Assembly (NCBI GenBank): GCA_951406725.2 | Contig: OX597815.1 | Span: forward strand, 134,354,001-134,418,000 | Direction: 5' to 3' | DNA length: 64,000 nucleotides | From: Octopus vulgaris | Lineage: Eukaryota | In this document: positions 63,243 through 64,000 of the stretch, piece by piece | Numbering within the stretch: the stretch's first letter is position 1 | Layout of the letters: the number at the start of each line of letters is the position of its first letter | Notes under the pieces: generated by a model | What the model was told of the DNA's origin: nothing | Seen by the model: the letters and a program-made list of their open reading frames with translations, nothing else | Databases searched by the model: none | Position numbers and translations under genes: made by a program

Positions 63243-64000
63243 AAGCTGCTTTATTAGAAGCCTATTGATTCTAGCATATATTACATTTTGAAAATAGAAG
63301 TGCTGAAAATGTGTTATGGTGACTTCCTGGCATGTCTCAGTCTGCAATTGTTTCTATTTTCAGTTACCTATTCTGCTAATGTCATTGAGGAATGATATGA
63401 TCATCACAACTTCCTATTTGTCATTCTTTGAATAAAATTCTGTTTTGTTATTTTTCTAAAATAAATATATAAATGTTTGTCATTTGTCCTTTTAATTATT
63501 TTATATTACTTTTTCTCTATCTTGTGTTATTGGTTTTGCAAATTGTCAGAACAAGTAACTTCAAAGAATCATGCTCGTCCTATGATCAATGAAGTGGGAA
63601 TAAAATCTTTCAGCCGAGCAGTCTGAGGTTAGTACGGTTACGTAGATTTGACTAGAAACAAAATACGATGCTTCTAATTAGATTAGCATTTTTTAATTAA
63701 AAAGAAAATATGATATAGAACAATTAAGTCCAATTATCATCATTATCACAAATCCTTTAAACAGGAAGTGATCTTAGAGTTTACTCCTGAATACACTTTT
63801 TGTCTGAAGTATCTATTGAATAATTTCATTCTACATTTGTCAATCTTTTGACAGATATTCAGCATCAATAACGATTATATTAAGTTTCTGCAGATTTATT
63901 TCAGCACCCTGTTGTATTCTTTCCATTTTTATTATGTGAGATACGTGACTAGATTACATAACAACCAAGAATGTCTAATTCAATTCACTTAGAAAACTCT

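Overview
AT-rich, intron-containing eukaryotic DNA, packed with repeats. The SINE, RTE-tail and microsatellite repertoire suggests a coleoid cephalopod, probably Octopus (inference). Two spliced host genes lie on the minus strand. One is an alpha-L-fucosidase (GH29, FUCA1/2-type): six exons recovered with consistent phases between 17762 and 2822, with the 3' part continuing off the left edge. The other is a complete four-coding-exon, 176-aa divergent BAK-like Bcl-2 protein (35725 to 25814) with NLGR in place of the canonical BH1 NWGR. The rest is mostly decayed transposable elements: two Helitrons with matching 3' hairpins (one holding a SINE split by a near-complete Ty3/Gypsy element, the other with STPR repeats and an internal inversion), two Tc1 elements, mariner, Merlin, CR1, RTE and CRE-like LINE pieces, inverted Penelope fragments, piggyBac-type MITEs and several tRNA-SINE families. 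The most unusual signal is a set of minimal type I hammerhead-ribozyme folds. These include a ~200-bp dispersed element (two copies) whose core carries a G3:C8 swap of the conserved C3:G8 pair.
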